Shown here: positions 9,192 through 18,899 of the stretch, in pieces | Layout: every line of letters begins with the position of its first letter | Numbering within the stretch: position 1 is the stretch's first letter | From: Myxococcota bacterium | GTDB taxonomy: Bacteria; Myxococcota_A; UBA9160; UBA4427 | DNA: 64,000 nucleotides | Assembly: GCA_965250285.1 (NCBI GenBank) | Contig: OZ252299.1 | Location: 4,256,001-4,320,000 of the forward strand | Reading direction: 5' to 3' | The notes under the pieces: model-generated | Databases searched by the model: none | What the model was told of the DNA's origin: nothing | The model's input: only the letters and a program-made list of their open reading frames with translations | Program-made: the position numbers and the translations under genes

Positions 9192-10315
9192 GGAGTCTTC
9201 GGTCCTCTGAGCGATCCATCGCTCTCGCGCGGCTTCATCACTTCGTCGGCCACCGGCTCGCTCGCCGAGTCGTCTTCGGGGTCGACCGCAGCGTCGCTCT
9301 CTCGGTCGGCCTTGCGGCCCTTCGCCTCTTCTTCGTCGATGTCGACGATGTCGTCGCCAGTGTAGCCGCACGCCTGCTTGGGCTCTTCGAGTAGCTTCTT
9401 CGCGAAGTAGATCTCACGGCGCGCATCTTCGGTCGCGGGGACGAGCGCGATCGTCTCTTCGAGCACGACGCGACCCTCGGCGAGGTGATCCTTCTTCTTC
9501 TTCGATGTCCCGATGCACAAGAGCTGCGTCCCCAGCTCAACCTGGTAGTCGAGCCGGTTCGGATGCAGCTCGAGCGCTTTGCGGCTGTGCTCGAGCGCCT
9601 TCCACTTGTCGCCGCGCACACCCACGAGCCACTTCATCAAGAAGAAGTCGGGGACCAGCCGATTGAAGATCGCGCTCGAGTAGTAGAGGTTGCCGAGGCT
9701 CGAGTTGTCCGCCGAATCCTGATGCGTGGGCTGCAGCTCGAATGCGCGCTCGAGCAGCTCGTTCATCTCGGGCAGCACGCGCACCGCGTCGACGATGCCT
9801 CCGGTGGTCAAGACGCGACCCTTGGCGATGAACTTCCACAGCATGCACTCGCCGCAGTTCGGGTCACGCTCGATCGCGAGCTCGAGCAGCGACTCGGCGC
9901 GCTTGAACCGAATGAGCTTCTCCTCCTTCTCTTCGAGAGGCAGCTGCTCGCTCGACAGCCACAGCGCGCGGGCGGCGCGCCAGTGGCCGGCGGGATTGCC
10001 CGACGGCGACTCGGCGACGCGCTCGAAGTACTCGCTCGCGCGCTCGAGGTCGCGGGCGATCGCATACTCATCGCGCCCCTCGTCGTCGGTCAGCACGCGC
10101 AGCTCGATCTCGGTCGCCTGGTTCCAGTAGCGCTCGACGTCTTCGGGGCTGAGCTCGTCGGGGGGCGCCTCGATGACGGGCGGCGGGCGGAGATCGCGCG
10201 GCTCATCGTCGGCCGTCGCGGACCCGACAGCGAGCGCGGCGACCGCCACCACCAACATGGGGCGCGCCCACACTGCAGCCCTGCTCTTCGCAGCGACTCG
10301 CCGGATCTCCCTCAT
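9188..10315 (-). CDS. Secreted TPR-like helical protein (TatT-like), function unknown
   Basis: Signal-like MLVVAVAALAVGSATA; TPR-like repeats (ELAIERDP, KALELHP); start uncertain. Confidence 0.6.
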   Translation of the reverse strand: MREIRRVAAKSRAAVWARPMLVVAVAALAVGSATADDEPRDLRPPPVIEAPPDELSPEDVERYWNQATEIELRVLTDDEGRDEYAIARDLERASEYFERVAESPSGNPAGHWRAARALWLSSEQLPLEEKEEKLIRFKRAESLLELAIERDPNCGECMLWKFIAKGRVLTTGGIVDAVRVLPEMNELLERAFELQPTHQDSADNSSLGNLYYSSAIFNRLVPDFFLMKWLVGVRGDKWKALEHSRKALELHPNRLDYQVELGTQLLCIGTSKKKKDHLAEGRVVLEETIALVPATEDARREIYFAKKLLEEPKQACGYTGDDIVDIDEEEAKGRKADRESDAAVDPEDDSASEPVADEVMKPRESDGSLRGPKTP

Positions 10316-10437
10316 CTCGCCGCTTCTCCTCATTCGATCGCCATGAAGCCCGACCGGGAGGGGGTCGGCGGCCCCCGATGGTTCCACGAATCGGCCCCCC
10401 TGCGCCATGCCCCGATCGATTCGGTCGTGATCCGAAG

Positions 10438-11211
10438 TCAGACGGTTCGGCCTCGACTCGCGCGTTCGGCCTCGACCAGCGTCTGAGCACGGCGATAGCT
10501 ATCGAGGTTGCCGATGTCGTGGCGCTCGCCGCGCATCGCATGATGAAAGATCGGCGCGCGCGAAACGCACCACGCGACGAGTGATCCGGGCGCATCCGCG
10601 TTGGGTTGGGCTTCGAGCAATCGCGGGATCTCGGCCAGCGCATCGTCTTGCCAGAGATAGAAGGGCGGACAGACGCGGTCGCCCGGCGGCTCGTCGGCCT
10701 TCTCGACGAATTCGACCAGGCGGCCGTCGCTCGGGTCGATCACCGCGACCCCGCTGCGCTGGCGCGCCGCGAGGTCGGGCTCGACGTAGGTCAGAACGAG
10801 GTTGCGCGGTCGTCCACGAAAGTCGTCGACGAAGGCACCGAGGTCGAAGCGCACCAGATTGTCGGCTGCGGCGACGAAGAGCGGCCCAGTCAGCTCGGCA
10901 CGTTCGATCGCGAGCTGCAGGTCACCCAGCGCACCGAGCCGGGTGTCGTTGGTTTGGGCGCCATCGTCGATGATCTCGAGCTCGGCGCGCGGCCACTGGC
11001 CCCGCGCGCGCGCCCACCACGCCTCGAAGTCGGCCGCGAAGCGTCCGTTGCTGACGAGGACGAACTCGCGCAGCCCGGCGTCGCGCACGCATCGATCCAT
11101 GAGATCGTCGAGCAGGGGGCGCCCACCGACGTCGAGCAGCGGTTTCGCCTGATGTTCGGTCAGCGGGTGCAGTCGAGTCGCGAAGCCGGCACACAGAAGA
11201 ACGGCCTTCAT
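10438..11211 (-). CDS. Sugar-1-phosphate nucleotidyltransferase (NTP_transferase family)
   Basis: LLCAGFATRLHPLT, KPLLDVGG, FVEK, DIGN; ATGA overlap with the kinase. Confidence 0.9.
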   Translation of the reverse strand: MKAVLLCAGFATRLHPLTEHQAKPLLDVGGRPLLDDLMDRCVRDAGLREFVLVSNGRFAADFEAWWARARGQWPRAELEIIDDGAQTNDTRLGALGDLQLAIERAELTGPLFVAAADNLVRFDLGAFVDDFRGRPRNLVLTYVEPDLAARQRSGVAVIDPSDGRLVEFVEKADEPPGDRVCPPFYLWQDDALAEIPRLLEAQPNADAPGSLVAWCVSRAPIFHHAMRGERHDIGNLDSYRRAQTLVEAERASRGRTV

Positions 11212-12449
11212 GAAAAGGCTCCGGCGGCCGATCGCTCGACGCGCACGCCGTCATCACTCGCCACGACGAAGACGCGGGCACGCGCCTCGAGCTCGGGAAA
11301 GGCATGCACGAACGCCGCCCGCACCGACTCGACGGCAGCGTCGGCCCGCGCCGGTTCGACGAGGGCGATCGAGCAGCCGCCAAAGCCCGCTCCGCTGAAG
11401 CGGGCCCCGTAGACACCGGGCGTGTCGACGAGGATCGACTGCAGCAAAGCGAGCTCGCGGGAGCCCGTCTCGTACTGGTGCAGTGAGCTCTCGCAGGATG
11501 CCTTCATGCGCTCGCCGAATCGCACCAGATCACCGCGTCCCCAGTCTTCGAGGCCCGCATGCACTCGGGCGCGCTCGCCAAAGAAGTGCTGGGCCCGGCG
11601 GGCGAGCTCGGCCGGGATCGAGTCGACATGGCGCTCGAACACGGCGTCGTCGAGGTCGCCGAGCCGAGGCCGTCGGTCGACGGGCGGAGCGAGCTTGGCG
11701 GCTTCGAAGAGCGCCTCGGCCGCGCGGTGGCACTCTTCGACACGGTCGTTGAAGCCGGAGGACGCCAGTCGCCGCTCGATGCCCGTGAACGCGACCAGCA
11801 CGCGGGGCATCTCGACGCCTTCGCCCAGCGCGTGCGACGCCCAGGTCTCGGTGGCCGAATCGATGAAGAGCAGCTCATTGCGTCTCGCCCCTTCGATCGA
11901 AGCCGGGTCGAGGATCCCCGACGCCACGCCGACGATCTCGTTCTCGACGCGGCGCGAGAGGGCGACCCGTTCGTGGGGCGTGAGCGCGACCTCGTTGGCG
12001 TCCGCAAAGGCCGTCAGGTACGCGAGCAGCACCGAGGCCGACGAGCTGAGACCGCTGCCGGGCAACGTGCCCGCGAGGCGACCGACGAGCCCGACCGTGG
12101 CCGACTCGGCGCGAGCGCGAAAAAGCGCGGCGGCACCGCATGCGTAGACACCCCAGTGCGGCCCGTGCGCGCGCGGGTCGACGGCCGAGAGATCGAACTC
12201 GACCGGGCCTTCGAAGTCGGCGCTCGTGAGCGAGACGCGGCCATCCCGAGTCGGCACGTAGGCCAGCAGCGTGTGCGCGTCGATCGCCATGCCGAGCATC
12301 GAACCGCCCTGATGGTCGACGTGCGCGCCGATCGGACAGACGCGGTAGGGCGAGACGACGACGCGAACGTCTTCCTCGGAGACACCCGCCCTCTCCGCCA
12401 CGTCGCCGACGAGCCGCGCGCGCTGCGAAGCCCCCGCTGCGGAGGTCAT
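11208..12449 (-). CDS. GHMP-family sugar kinase, galacturonokinase-like
   Basis: SPYRVCPIGAHVDHQGG, PGSGLSSSAS, GARFSGAGFGG; start at MTSAAG (TGATG overlap), not at 13784. Confidence 0.88.
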   Translation of the reverse strand: MTSAAGASQRARLVGDVAERAGVSEEDVRVVVSPYRVCPIGAHVDHQGGSMLGMAIDAHTLLAYVPTRDGRVSLTSADFEGPVEFDLSAVDPRAHGPHWGVYACGAAALFRARAESATVGLVGRLAGTLPGSGLSSSASVLLAYLTAFADANEVALTPHERVALSRRVENEIVGVASGILDPASIEGARRNELLFIDSATETWASHALGEGVEMPRVLVAFTGIERRLASSGFNDRVEECHRAAEALFEAAKLAPPVDRRPRLGDLDDAVFERHVDSIPAELARRAQHFFGERARVHAGLEDWGRGDLVRFGERMKASCESSLHQYETGSRELALLQSILVDTPGVYGARFSGAGFGGCSIALVEPARADAAVESVRAAFVHAFPELEARARVFVVASDDGVRVERSAAGAFS

Positions 12450-13963
12450 CAAGCGCTCCGCGAACTCGACTCGAGCGCGGGTTCGGCGCTGGCCGCGTCT
12501 CGGGCCGGGCCGCCGGTCAACGCCGGCGACTTCGCCAGGTGCCTCGCGAAACCGTTCATCACCGCGAGATGCGCCCACGCCTGAGTCGATTGATACAGGC
12601 GCCAGGGCAGCGCCGGCGGGTAGTCGTGAATCGCCGCGAGCAGCGCGCGACCGCCGAGCACCTCGCGCAGCTCGAAGCGCGCCTCGCCGCTGTGACCGCG
12701 CCGCAGCAGCCGGCCGGCGACGATGTCCATCACGAGCCGGTCTTCGGTGCTGCGTTCGGGCAGGCTGCGCAGCACGATCATCGGGCCCCGGATGCCGGTG
12801 ATACCGAGGTGAGCATCGCCATTGTCGAGCACCCGCACGCGAATCAGCGGTCGCCAGAACGTCGGCAAGAAGCGAACGTACTCGGCGGCCGCCCAGGCCG
12901 CCGTTCGACCGGCCGGCAGCGGCAGGCGCTGGACCGAACGCACGCGGCGCGAGGCCTTCAGCTGAGCCCGCGAGCGCGCGTCGAGCCGAATGCTCGAGGT
13001 CGGCTCCTGCGGCAGCCGGGCCTCGTCGACCGCACCCTCGACGGCCTCCTCGAAGCTGAGCGCCCCGTCGGCGATCTCGTCCTGCAGAGGATTCGGCTCG
13101 GCGATGAGGTCGTGCTGCAGCGACCGAACGAGCGGCGCCACGAGCGTGGCCGGCGCCTTGCCGAAGAACATCACCCAGAGCGTCGAGAGCCTCGGCGAGA
13201 AGAGCGAGACGTTCAGCATGTAGAGCCGCCGGTTCAGCACGCCAGCCACTGCGTCCATCATCTCGCGATACGTCAGGACGGTGGCGCCTCCGATGTCGAA
13301 GGCCCCCGTGAAGCGGTCGGGCTCGGCCAAGGCACATCCGACTGCGCGCACCACGTCGGCGAGTGCGATCGGGTGTGACCGCGAATCGGTCCAGCTCGGC
13401 AACACCATGAAGGGCAGACGACGCACGAGATTGAGCAGGATCCAGAGCGACGGCCCACCCGGGCCGACGATCAGACCGGCGCGCAAGGCAGTGACGGGCA
13501 CGCCGCGACTGCCGAGCGCCTCGGCGACCTCCGCGCGGCTGCGCAGATGCGGCGAGGCCGCCGAGCCCTTCGGGAGGAGACCGCCGACGTACACGATCTG
13601 ACGCACGCCGGCTTTGGCCGCAGCCCGGGCGAAGTTGTCGGCCAGGAGCAGATCGAGATCCGAGAAGCTGCCCTGCACGAGCCGCGCGCTCGGCTGCATC
13701 GAGTGCACGAGGTAGATCGCACGGTCGGCGCCTTCGAGGGCCTGCTCGAGCTCCTGCAGCCGAAACAGATCTGCGGCGCGCCACTCGACGCCCGGCGGCG
13801 AGTCTTTCGGCGGCGTCTCGGATCGCGACAGGCCGATCAGGTGATAGCGGTCGCCCAGCGCTTCGAGCAGCGCGCGGCCGACGAAGCCGCGTGCGCCGGC
13901 GACGACCAGCGTCTCTTTCTCGGGAGGCGCGGCCGCGCCCTCGATGGAACCCGTCGCCGTCAT
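12449..13963 (-). CDS. NAD(P)-binding Rossmann oxidoreductase (YbjT-like atypical SDR) with C-terminal extension
   Basis: VAGARGFVG, YLVHSM, SPHLRSRAEV, LRAGLIVGPGG. Confidence 0.85.
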   Translation of the reverse strand: MTATGSIEGAAAPPEKETLVVAGARGFVGRALLEALGDRYHLIGLSRSETPPKDSPPGVEWRAADLFRLQELEQALEGADRAIYLVHSMQPSARLVQGSFSDLDLLLADNFARAAAKAGVRQIVYVGGLLPKGSAASPHLRSRAEVAEALGSRGVPVTALRAGLIVGPGGPSLWILLNLVRRLPFMVLPSWTDSRSHPIALADVVRAVGCALAEPDRFTGAFDIGGATVLTYREMMDAVAGVLNRRLYMLNVSLFSPRLSTLWVMFFGKAPATLVAPLVRSLQHDLIAEPNPLQDEIADGALSFEEAVEGAVDEARLPQEPTSSIRLDARSRAQLKASRRVRSVQRLPLPAGRTAAWAAAEYVRFLPTFWRPLIRVRVLDNGDAHLGITGIRGPMIVLRSLPERSTEDRLVMDIVAGRLLRRGHSGEARFELREVLGGRALLAAIHDYPPALPWRLYQSTQAWAHLAVMNGFARHLAKSPALTGGPARDAASAEPALESSSRSA

Positions 13964-13988
13964 CGGGCGGTTGCCTCGAAGAGCCGGC

Positions 13989-14747
13989 TCAATCTTCGAG
14001 CACGCTCGGGTCGCGGCGAATCTCGCGCCGCGCCATCGCCTCGAAGAGGAACGGGAAGCCGTTGCCGTCGATCATCGCGCCGGTGCGATCGGCGATCTCG
14101 CTCGGCATGGGGTGCCCGCCACCGAGCGCCTCCATGTGCCAGGCCTGCCGGCACCGCCATTCGAGGGTCAGGCAGCGCAGATGGGCCTGGCGCAGATCGC
14201 GCGCCACGATGAAGACCCCGTGATTCGCGAGCAGGGCCCACTTGTGGTCGCCGAGCGCCGTCACCGCCGCGTTCGACTCGTCGTCGTCGTCGACCGTGCC
14301 ACCGTACTCGTCGAACACCGCGATGTCGCCGTCGACCTGGGCCGACGTCTGATCGTAGATCGGCGGCACGCGACGCGCGTTGGCCCACAGCGTGCCGTAG
14401 CGACTGTGGTTGTGAATGATCACCTTCACGTCCGCGCGTGCTTCGTGCACGGCGAGATGCAGGCCGATCGCCGGGGTGACGTTCCAGTCGCCCTCGAGCA
14501 CCTTGCCCTCGCGGTCGACACGCAGCACGTCACCGGCCGTGATCTCGTCCCACGCGAGCTCCCAGGGATTCACCAGCAGCGTGCCATCCGGTTGGAGCAC
14601 CGTGATGTGGCCCGCGATGTGGTCGTCGTACCCTTCCTGAAAGAGCATGCGACACATCAACGCGACTTCGGCGCGGGGCGAGAGCTCGGGCAGCAGCGGA
14701 TAGCGCCCGGGGCGCGGAGCCAGCTGCTTCATCAGATCATCGGTCAT
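13989..14747 (-). CDS. Class II aldolase/adducin family protein
   Basis: AGHIT, HNHS, LLANHG; AAGGAGG RBS before MTDDL. Confidence 0.9.
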   Translation of the reverse strand: MTDDLMKQLAPRPGRYPLLPELSPRAEVALMCRMLFQEGYDDHIAGHITVLQPDGTLLVNPWELAWDEITAGDVLRVDREGKVLEGDWNVTPAIGLHLAVHEARADVKVIIHNHSRYGTLWANARRVPPIYDQTSAQVDGDIAVFDEYGGTVDDDDESNAAVTALGDHKWALLANHGVFIVARDLRQAHLRCLTLEWRCRQAWHMEALGGGHPMPSEIADRTGAMIDGNGFPFLFEAMARREIRRDPSVLED

Positions 14748-14804
14748 GACGACCTCCTTGTGAGACGCGCTCGCGCGCGAGCTGCAAAGACGCAACGTCG
14801 CCGA

Positions 14805-16022
14805 TCAGGGCAGGCAGACCTTGGGCAGCGGGTGCTTGTAGAGCTTCGACGCGTTCTCGTGCGCGATCATCCGAATCTCTTCGTCGGGCAGCTCGTGCAG
14901 CACGTCGTACATCACCTGCTGCGTGTCGGGCCACGTGCCGTCGCCGTGCGGGTAGTCGGATTCGAACAGGATGTTCTCGACCCCGATTCGATGCCGGGTA
15001 CACACGGTCGATGCGTCTTCGATCATGCAGAACCAGAAGTTGCGCTTCAGCACCTCGGTCGGACCGAGGTCCTTGTCGGGCCAGCCGCTGCCGTAGCCCG
15101 ATCGGCTCATGATGTTGTCGAGGCGATCCATCAGCATGGCCACCCAGCCGATGCCGCCCTCACTCATCGCGATCTTGAGCTCGGGATAGCGCGCGGGCCA
15201 GCCGCTCCACAGCCACTCGGCGCACGCTTCGACCGCCATCGGCCCGAACATCGTCGCCCCGAGCTCGAGCATGGGCGCACCGGCCGGCATCGCCGGAAAG
15301 CCCGACGCGCCGATGTGCAGGTTCAGCACCGTCTCGGTCTCGGCACACGCGCGAACGATCGGCTCCCAGCAGGCGTCGAATACCGGCGGGTAGCCGAGCT
15401 TGTGCGGCTGTTCGGGGAACGTCACGGCGGTGAAGCCGCGCTTGGCGTTGCGGCGGATCTCCTCGGCGCCCTTCTCGGGATCGGACAGGAACGTGATGCC
15501 CAGCGGAACGATGCGGTCGGGATACTTCTGGTACCACTCTTCGAAGAGCCAGTCGTTCCAGGCCCGCATCGAGGCGAGGCCGAGCTCGGGATCCTTCGCC
15601 TCACTGAAGAGCGTGCCGCCGAAGCCGGTCACGCCCGACGGGAAGTTCACCGACGCGTACACGCCGTTGATGTCCATATCCTTGATGCGAGCGTCGATGT
15701 CGTAGCAACCGGGGCGCATCTCTTCGTAGCGCGCGGGCTCGAAGCGATGGTCTTCTTGATCGCGACCGGCCACGCACATGAAGCCCACCTGAAAGTAGGG
15801 CTGCCCCTCGAACGACCAGACCTGGTGGCCTTCTTCGGTCTCGACGACGTGGGGCGCGAGATCACCGAACTTCGCCGGCATGCGCCCCTCGAAGACGTCG
15901 GGCGGCTCCATCAGGTGATCGTCGACCGAGATCAGCGTGTAGTGCACCTGGCGCGGGTCGGGATCGGGAAGCAGCGGCTTCGTCACGGGGCGCTTGATGC
16001 CGAGTTTGATGACGCGGGGCAT
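14805..16022 (-). CDS. Amidohydrolase_2 family protein
   Basis: ISVDDHLMEP, LNLHIG, SEGGIGW, FESDYPHGD; AAGGAG RBS. Confidence 0.9.
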   Translation of the reverse strand: MPRVIKLGIKRPVTKPLLPDPDPRQVHYTLISVDDHLMEPPDVFEGRMPAKFGDLAPHVVETEEGHQVWSFEGQPYFQVGFMCVAGRDQEDHRFEPARYEEMRPGCYDIDARIKDMDINGVYASVNFPSGVTGFGGTLFSEAKDPELGLASMRAWNDWLFEEWYQKYPDRIVPLGITFLSDPEKGAEEIRRNAKRGFTAVTFPEQPHKLGYPPVFDACWEPIVRACAETETVLNLHIGASGFPAMPAGAPMLELGATMFGPMAVEACAEWLWSGWPARYPELKIAMSEGGIGWVAMLMDRLDNIMSRSGYGSGWPDKDLGPTEVLKRNFWFCMIEDASTVCTRHRIGVENILFESDYPHGDGTWPDTQQVMYDVLHELPDEEIRMIAHENASKLYKHPLPKVCLP

Positions 16023-16289
16023 GGGGGTCTCCTTCGTGTCGCGCTGGATCGGGGCGCGCGCATCTTGCTGCGAACGAAGAATCGGGCATCGGGCAGGGCC
16101 ATCTCGGCGTCACGCCGTTGCGCCGCCCGGGCGCCCGTTCATACGTCGATTCTAGCCGAGGCCCGCGCTCTGCGGGACGCCGCGCCACGCCCTACCGTGT
16201 GCGCTCGGTCTCGCGCGAGCCCCGTCGGACCTGGACGCCGCGAGCCCCCTGACCTGGTGAGACACCCCGAGCGACATGAGAAGAGCCGA

Positions 16290-17558
16290 GTGAACGAGTA
16301 CGACCGCACCCACATCTGGCATCCCTATACGTCGATCGTCGATCCGCTGCCGACCTACGAGGTGGCGAGCGCTTCCGGGGTCCGCATTCGGCTCGCCGAC
16401 GGGAGAGAGCTCGTCGACGGCATGTCGTCGTGGTGGTGCGCGATCCACGGCTACAACCACCCCGTGCTGAACGAGGCGCTGCGTGCGCAGAGCGAGCGGT
16501 TCAGTCACGTGATGTTCGGCGGCTTCACGCACGCACCGGGCGTCGAGCTCGCCCGTCGGCTGGTCGACCTGACGCCCGAAGGCCTCGAGTACGTCTTCTT
16601 CAGCGACTCGGGCTCGGTGGCCGTCGAGGTCGCCCTCAAGATGGTCATTCAGTACCAGCACGCGCTCGGTCGGCCCGAGAAGCATCGCCTGCTCACGATC
16701 CGGGGCGGCTATCACGGCGACACGTTCGGCGCGATGTCGGTGTGTGACCCGGTGACCGGCATGCACGGCCTCTTCACGGGCACCCTGCCCCAGCAGCACT
16801 TCGCCCCCAAACCGCTGACCCGCTTCGGCGAGCCCGGGGCCGAGGCCGACCTCGAAGCCCTCGAAGCCGAGCTGTCGGCGCATCACGCATCGATCGCCGC
16901 GTTGATCCTCGAACCCATCGTTCAGGGGGCCGGGGGGATGTGGTTCTACTCGGCCGACTATCTGCGCGGCGCAGCCGAGCTCTGCCGTCGGTACGACGTG
17001 CTCTTCGTCTTCGACGAGATCGCGACGGGTTTCGGCCGCACGGGCGCGCTCTTCGCCGCCGAGCACGCCGGGGTCTCGCCCGACATCATGTGCGTCGGCA
17101 AGGCGATCACCGGCGGCGTGATGAGCTTCGCCGCCACCATCGCGAACGACCTCGTGCGCGACGGGCTGTCGACGGACGGCGGCGTGCTGATGCACGGCCC
17201 CACGTTCATGGGCAACGCCCTCGCCTGCAGCGTGGCTACGGCCAGCCTCGACCTGCTGATGCAGGGCGACTGGCGAGGCAATACGGCGCGCATCGAGGCG
17301 CGGCTGCGTGCGGGGCTCGAGCGCTACCGCAACCACGACGCCGTGGCCGACGTGCGATGCCTGGGCGCGATCGGCGTCGTCGAAACGAATCGACCGGTGC
17401 AGGTCGCCGAGATGCAGCGCGTCTTCATCGAACGCGGGGCCTGGATTCGGCCCTTCGACCACCTGGTCTACCTGATGCCGCCGTACGTGACCGAGGACGC
17501 CGATCTCGACCTGCTCTGCGACGCGATCGGGCCGGGCCTCGACGTGCTGCTCGACTGA
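16290..17558 (+). CDS. bioA: Adenosylmethionine-8-amino-7-oxononanoate aminotransferase
   Basis: HIWHPY, DGMSSWW, DSGSVAVEVALKM, GYHGDT, FDEIATGFGRTG, PLP lysine in VGKAITGG, HGPTFMGN; GTG start at 16290. Confidence 0.95.
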   Translation: MNEYDRTHIWHPYTSIVDPLPTYEVASASGVRIRLADGRELVDGMSSWWCAIHGYNHPVLNEALRAQSERFSHVMFGGFTHAPGVELARRLVDLTPEGLEYVFFSDSGSVAVEVALKMVIQYQHALGRPEKHRLLTIRGGYHGDTFGAMSVCDPVTGMHGLFTGTLPQQHFAPKPLTRFGEPGAEADLEALEAELSAHHASIAALILEPIVQGAGGMWFYSADYLRGAAELCRRYDVLFVFDEIATGFGRTGALFAAEHAGVSPDIMCVGKAITGGVMSFAATIANDLVRDGLSTDGGVLMHGPTFMGNALACSVATASLDLLMQGDWRGNTARIEARLRAGLERYRNHDAVADVRCLGAIGVVETNRPVQVAEMQRVFIERGAWIRPFDHLVYLMPPYVTEDADLDLLCDAIGPGLDVLLD

Positions 17559-17590
17559 AGCGCGCAGGCCGGTTCGCCACCGGCGCAGGC

Positions 17591-18841
17591 TCAGACGGTG
17601 TACTTGCCCGGCGAGCCGTCGGTCGGGTAGCTCGGCTGGACGAGCCCGCGCTTGATGCCGGCCATGCTGCGCACCATTTGATCGCGGATCGGCGGCACCG
17701 CCTTCGCCACGGCGAAGCCCGCGCGGCGGAAGGCTCCGAGCCCGGGCACCGACGACTGGAAGAGGTGCGTGACCCAGCGCGTGGCGAGCGAGTAGTAGTG
17801 CACGTGGTGCTTGCGCATGCGGGTGTACTGCGCGAGCGCGGCATCGACGTCTTCGGCGTGTTCGATGGCGTAGGCCAGCGCCCAGGCGTCGCACAGCGCC
17901 AGGTTCACACCGTTGCCGAGCTGGGGCGTCATCGCGTGCGCGGCATCGCCGATCACGACCGCGCGATCCTTGTGCCACGCCTTCATCGTGACGTCCCAGT
18001 AGCCCGCGTACATCCAGTCGTCGATCGTCTTGATGTGCGAGAGCGACGCGTCGAGCCGCGGCAGGTACTGCAGGATCTCGTCGGCGATCGCCTCGACGCC
18101 ACGGGCCAACTCGGCCTGGTGGCGATCGGCCCGCACGCTCCAGAAGAGCGACACCAGCCGATCGTGGCGCTCGCCGTGGGGCGGGATCCCCGTCGGCAGC
18201 ACGCCGAGCATCTTTTCGGTGCCCCGCACCACCTGGTGCAGGAACCCGCCGAAGCGGCCCCGCTCGTCGGGCACGACCGCCCAGAGCGCGCCCCACTTGT
18301 GCTCGACCGCGCGGTGAGGCAGGCCCAGCCACTCGCGCGCTTCGCTGCGCGACCCGTTCGAGAACACGACGAGATCGAAAGGCCCTTCTTCGCCGTGCTC
18401 GGTGTCGAGAATGCGCTTGCCGCCGCGCAGGCCGACACCGGTGACCTCGACGCCCGTCCGCAGCTCGGCCCCGGCGTCTTCCATGGCCTGCACGAGAAAG
18501 TGAAGGAACGTCGGGCGGTACATGCCGACCCCGAAGAGGCCGTCGCGCAGCATGTCGTACTCGAGCGAGATCATCGGCCGCCTTCGACCGGGTCGAATGA
18601 AGCGGTCGATGCGGAGCGAATCGATCACGCCGCCGTGCGCGATCACCTCTTCGCGCACGCCGATCTGGTCGAGCACCCAGAGCCCGGTCGGCTGGATGAC
18701 GAAGCCGGTGCCCACTGGCAACAGCTCGGGCGCGCGTTCGTAGAGCGTCACCTCGTGTCCCTGGCGCGCGAGGAGCGTTGCGAGCAGCGGGCCTGCGCTG
18801 CCACATCCGACGACACCCACGCGGTACTTCGAATTGCTCAT
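17591..18841 (-). CDS. FAD-dependent monooxygenase (UbiH/NAD-binding-8-like)
   Basis: VVGCGSAG, IGDAAHAMTPQLGNGVNLAL. Confidence 0.88.
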   Translation of the reverse strand: MSNSKYRVGVVGCGSAGPLLATLLARQGHEVTLYERAPELLPVGTGFVIQPTGLWVLDQIGVREEVIAHGGVIDSLRIDRFIRPGRRRPMISLEYDMLRDGLFGVGMYRPTFLHFLVQAMEDAGAELRTGVEVTGVGLRGGKRILDTEHGEEGPFDLVVFSNGSRSEAREWLGLPHRAVEHKWGALWAVVPDERGRFGGFLHQVVRGTEKMLGVLPTGIPPHGERHDRLVSLFWSVRADRHQAELARGVEAIADEILQYLPRLDASLSHIKTIDDWMYAGYWDVTMKAWHKDRAVVIGDAAHAMTPQLGNGVNLALCDAWALAYAIEHAEDVDAALAQYTRMRKHHVHYYSLATRWVTHLFQSSVPGLGAFRRAGFAVAKAVPPIRDQMVRSMAGIKRGLVQPSYPTDGSPGKYTV

Positions 18842-18899
18842 GTCTCGACTCACTTTCACACACCGAACACTCGAGATGCGCGCGCCATCGCGCGCCGAC

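Noticed and set aside
11208..13784. 858-aa kinase fusion
   Set aside because: The N-terminal half is an Arg-rich off-frame read of the overlapping oxidoreductase; the kinase starts at 12449
13944..17558. 1204-aa ORF as a giant BioA fusion
   Set aside because: The N-terminal about 780 aa are the antisense shadow of the aldolase and amidohydrolase; BioA begins at 16290
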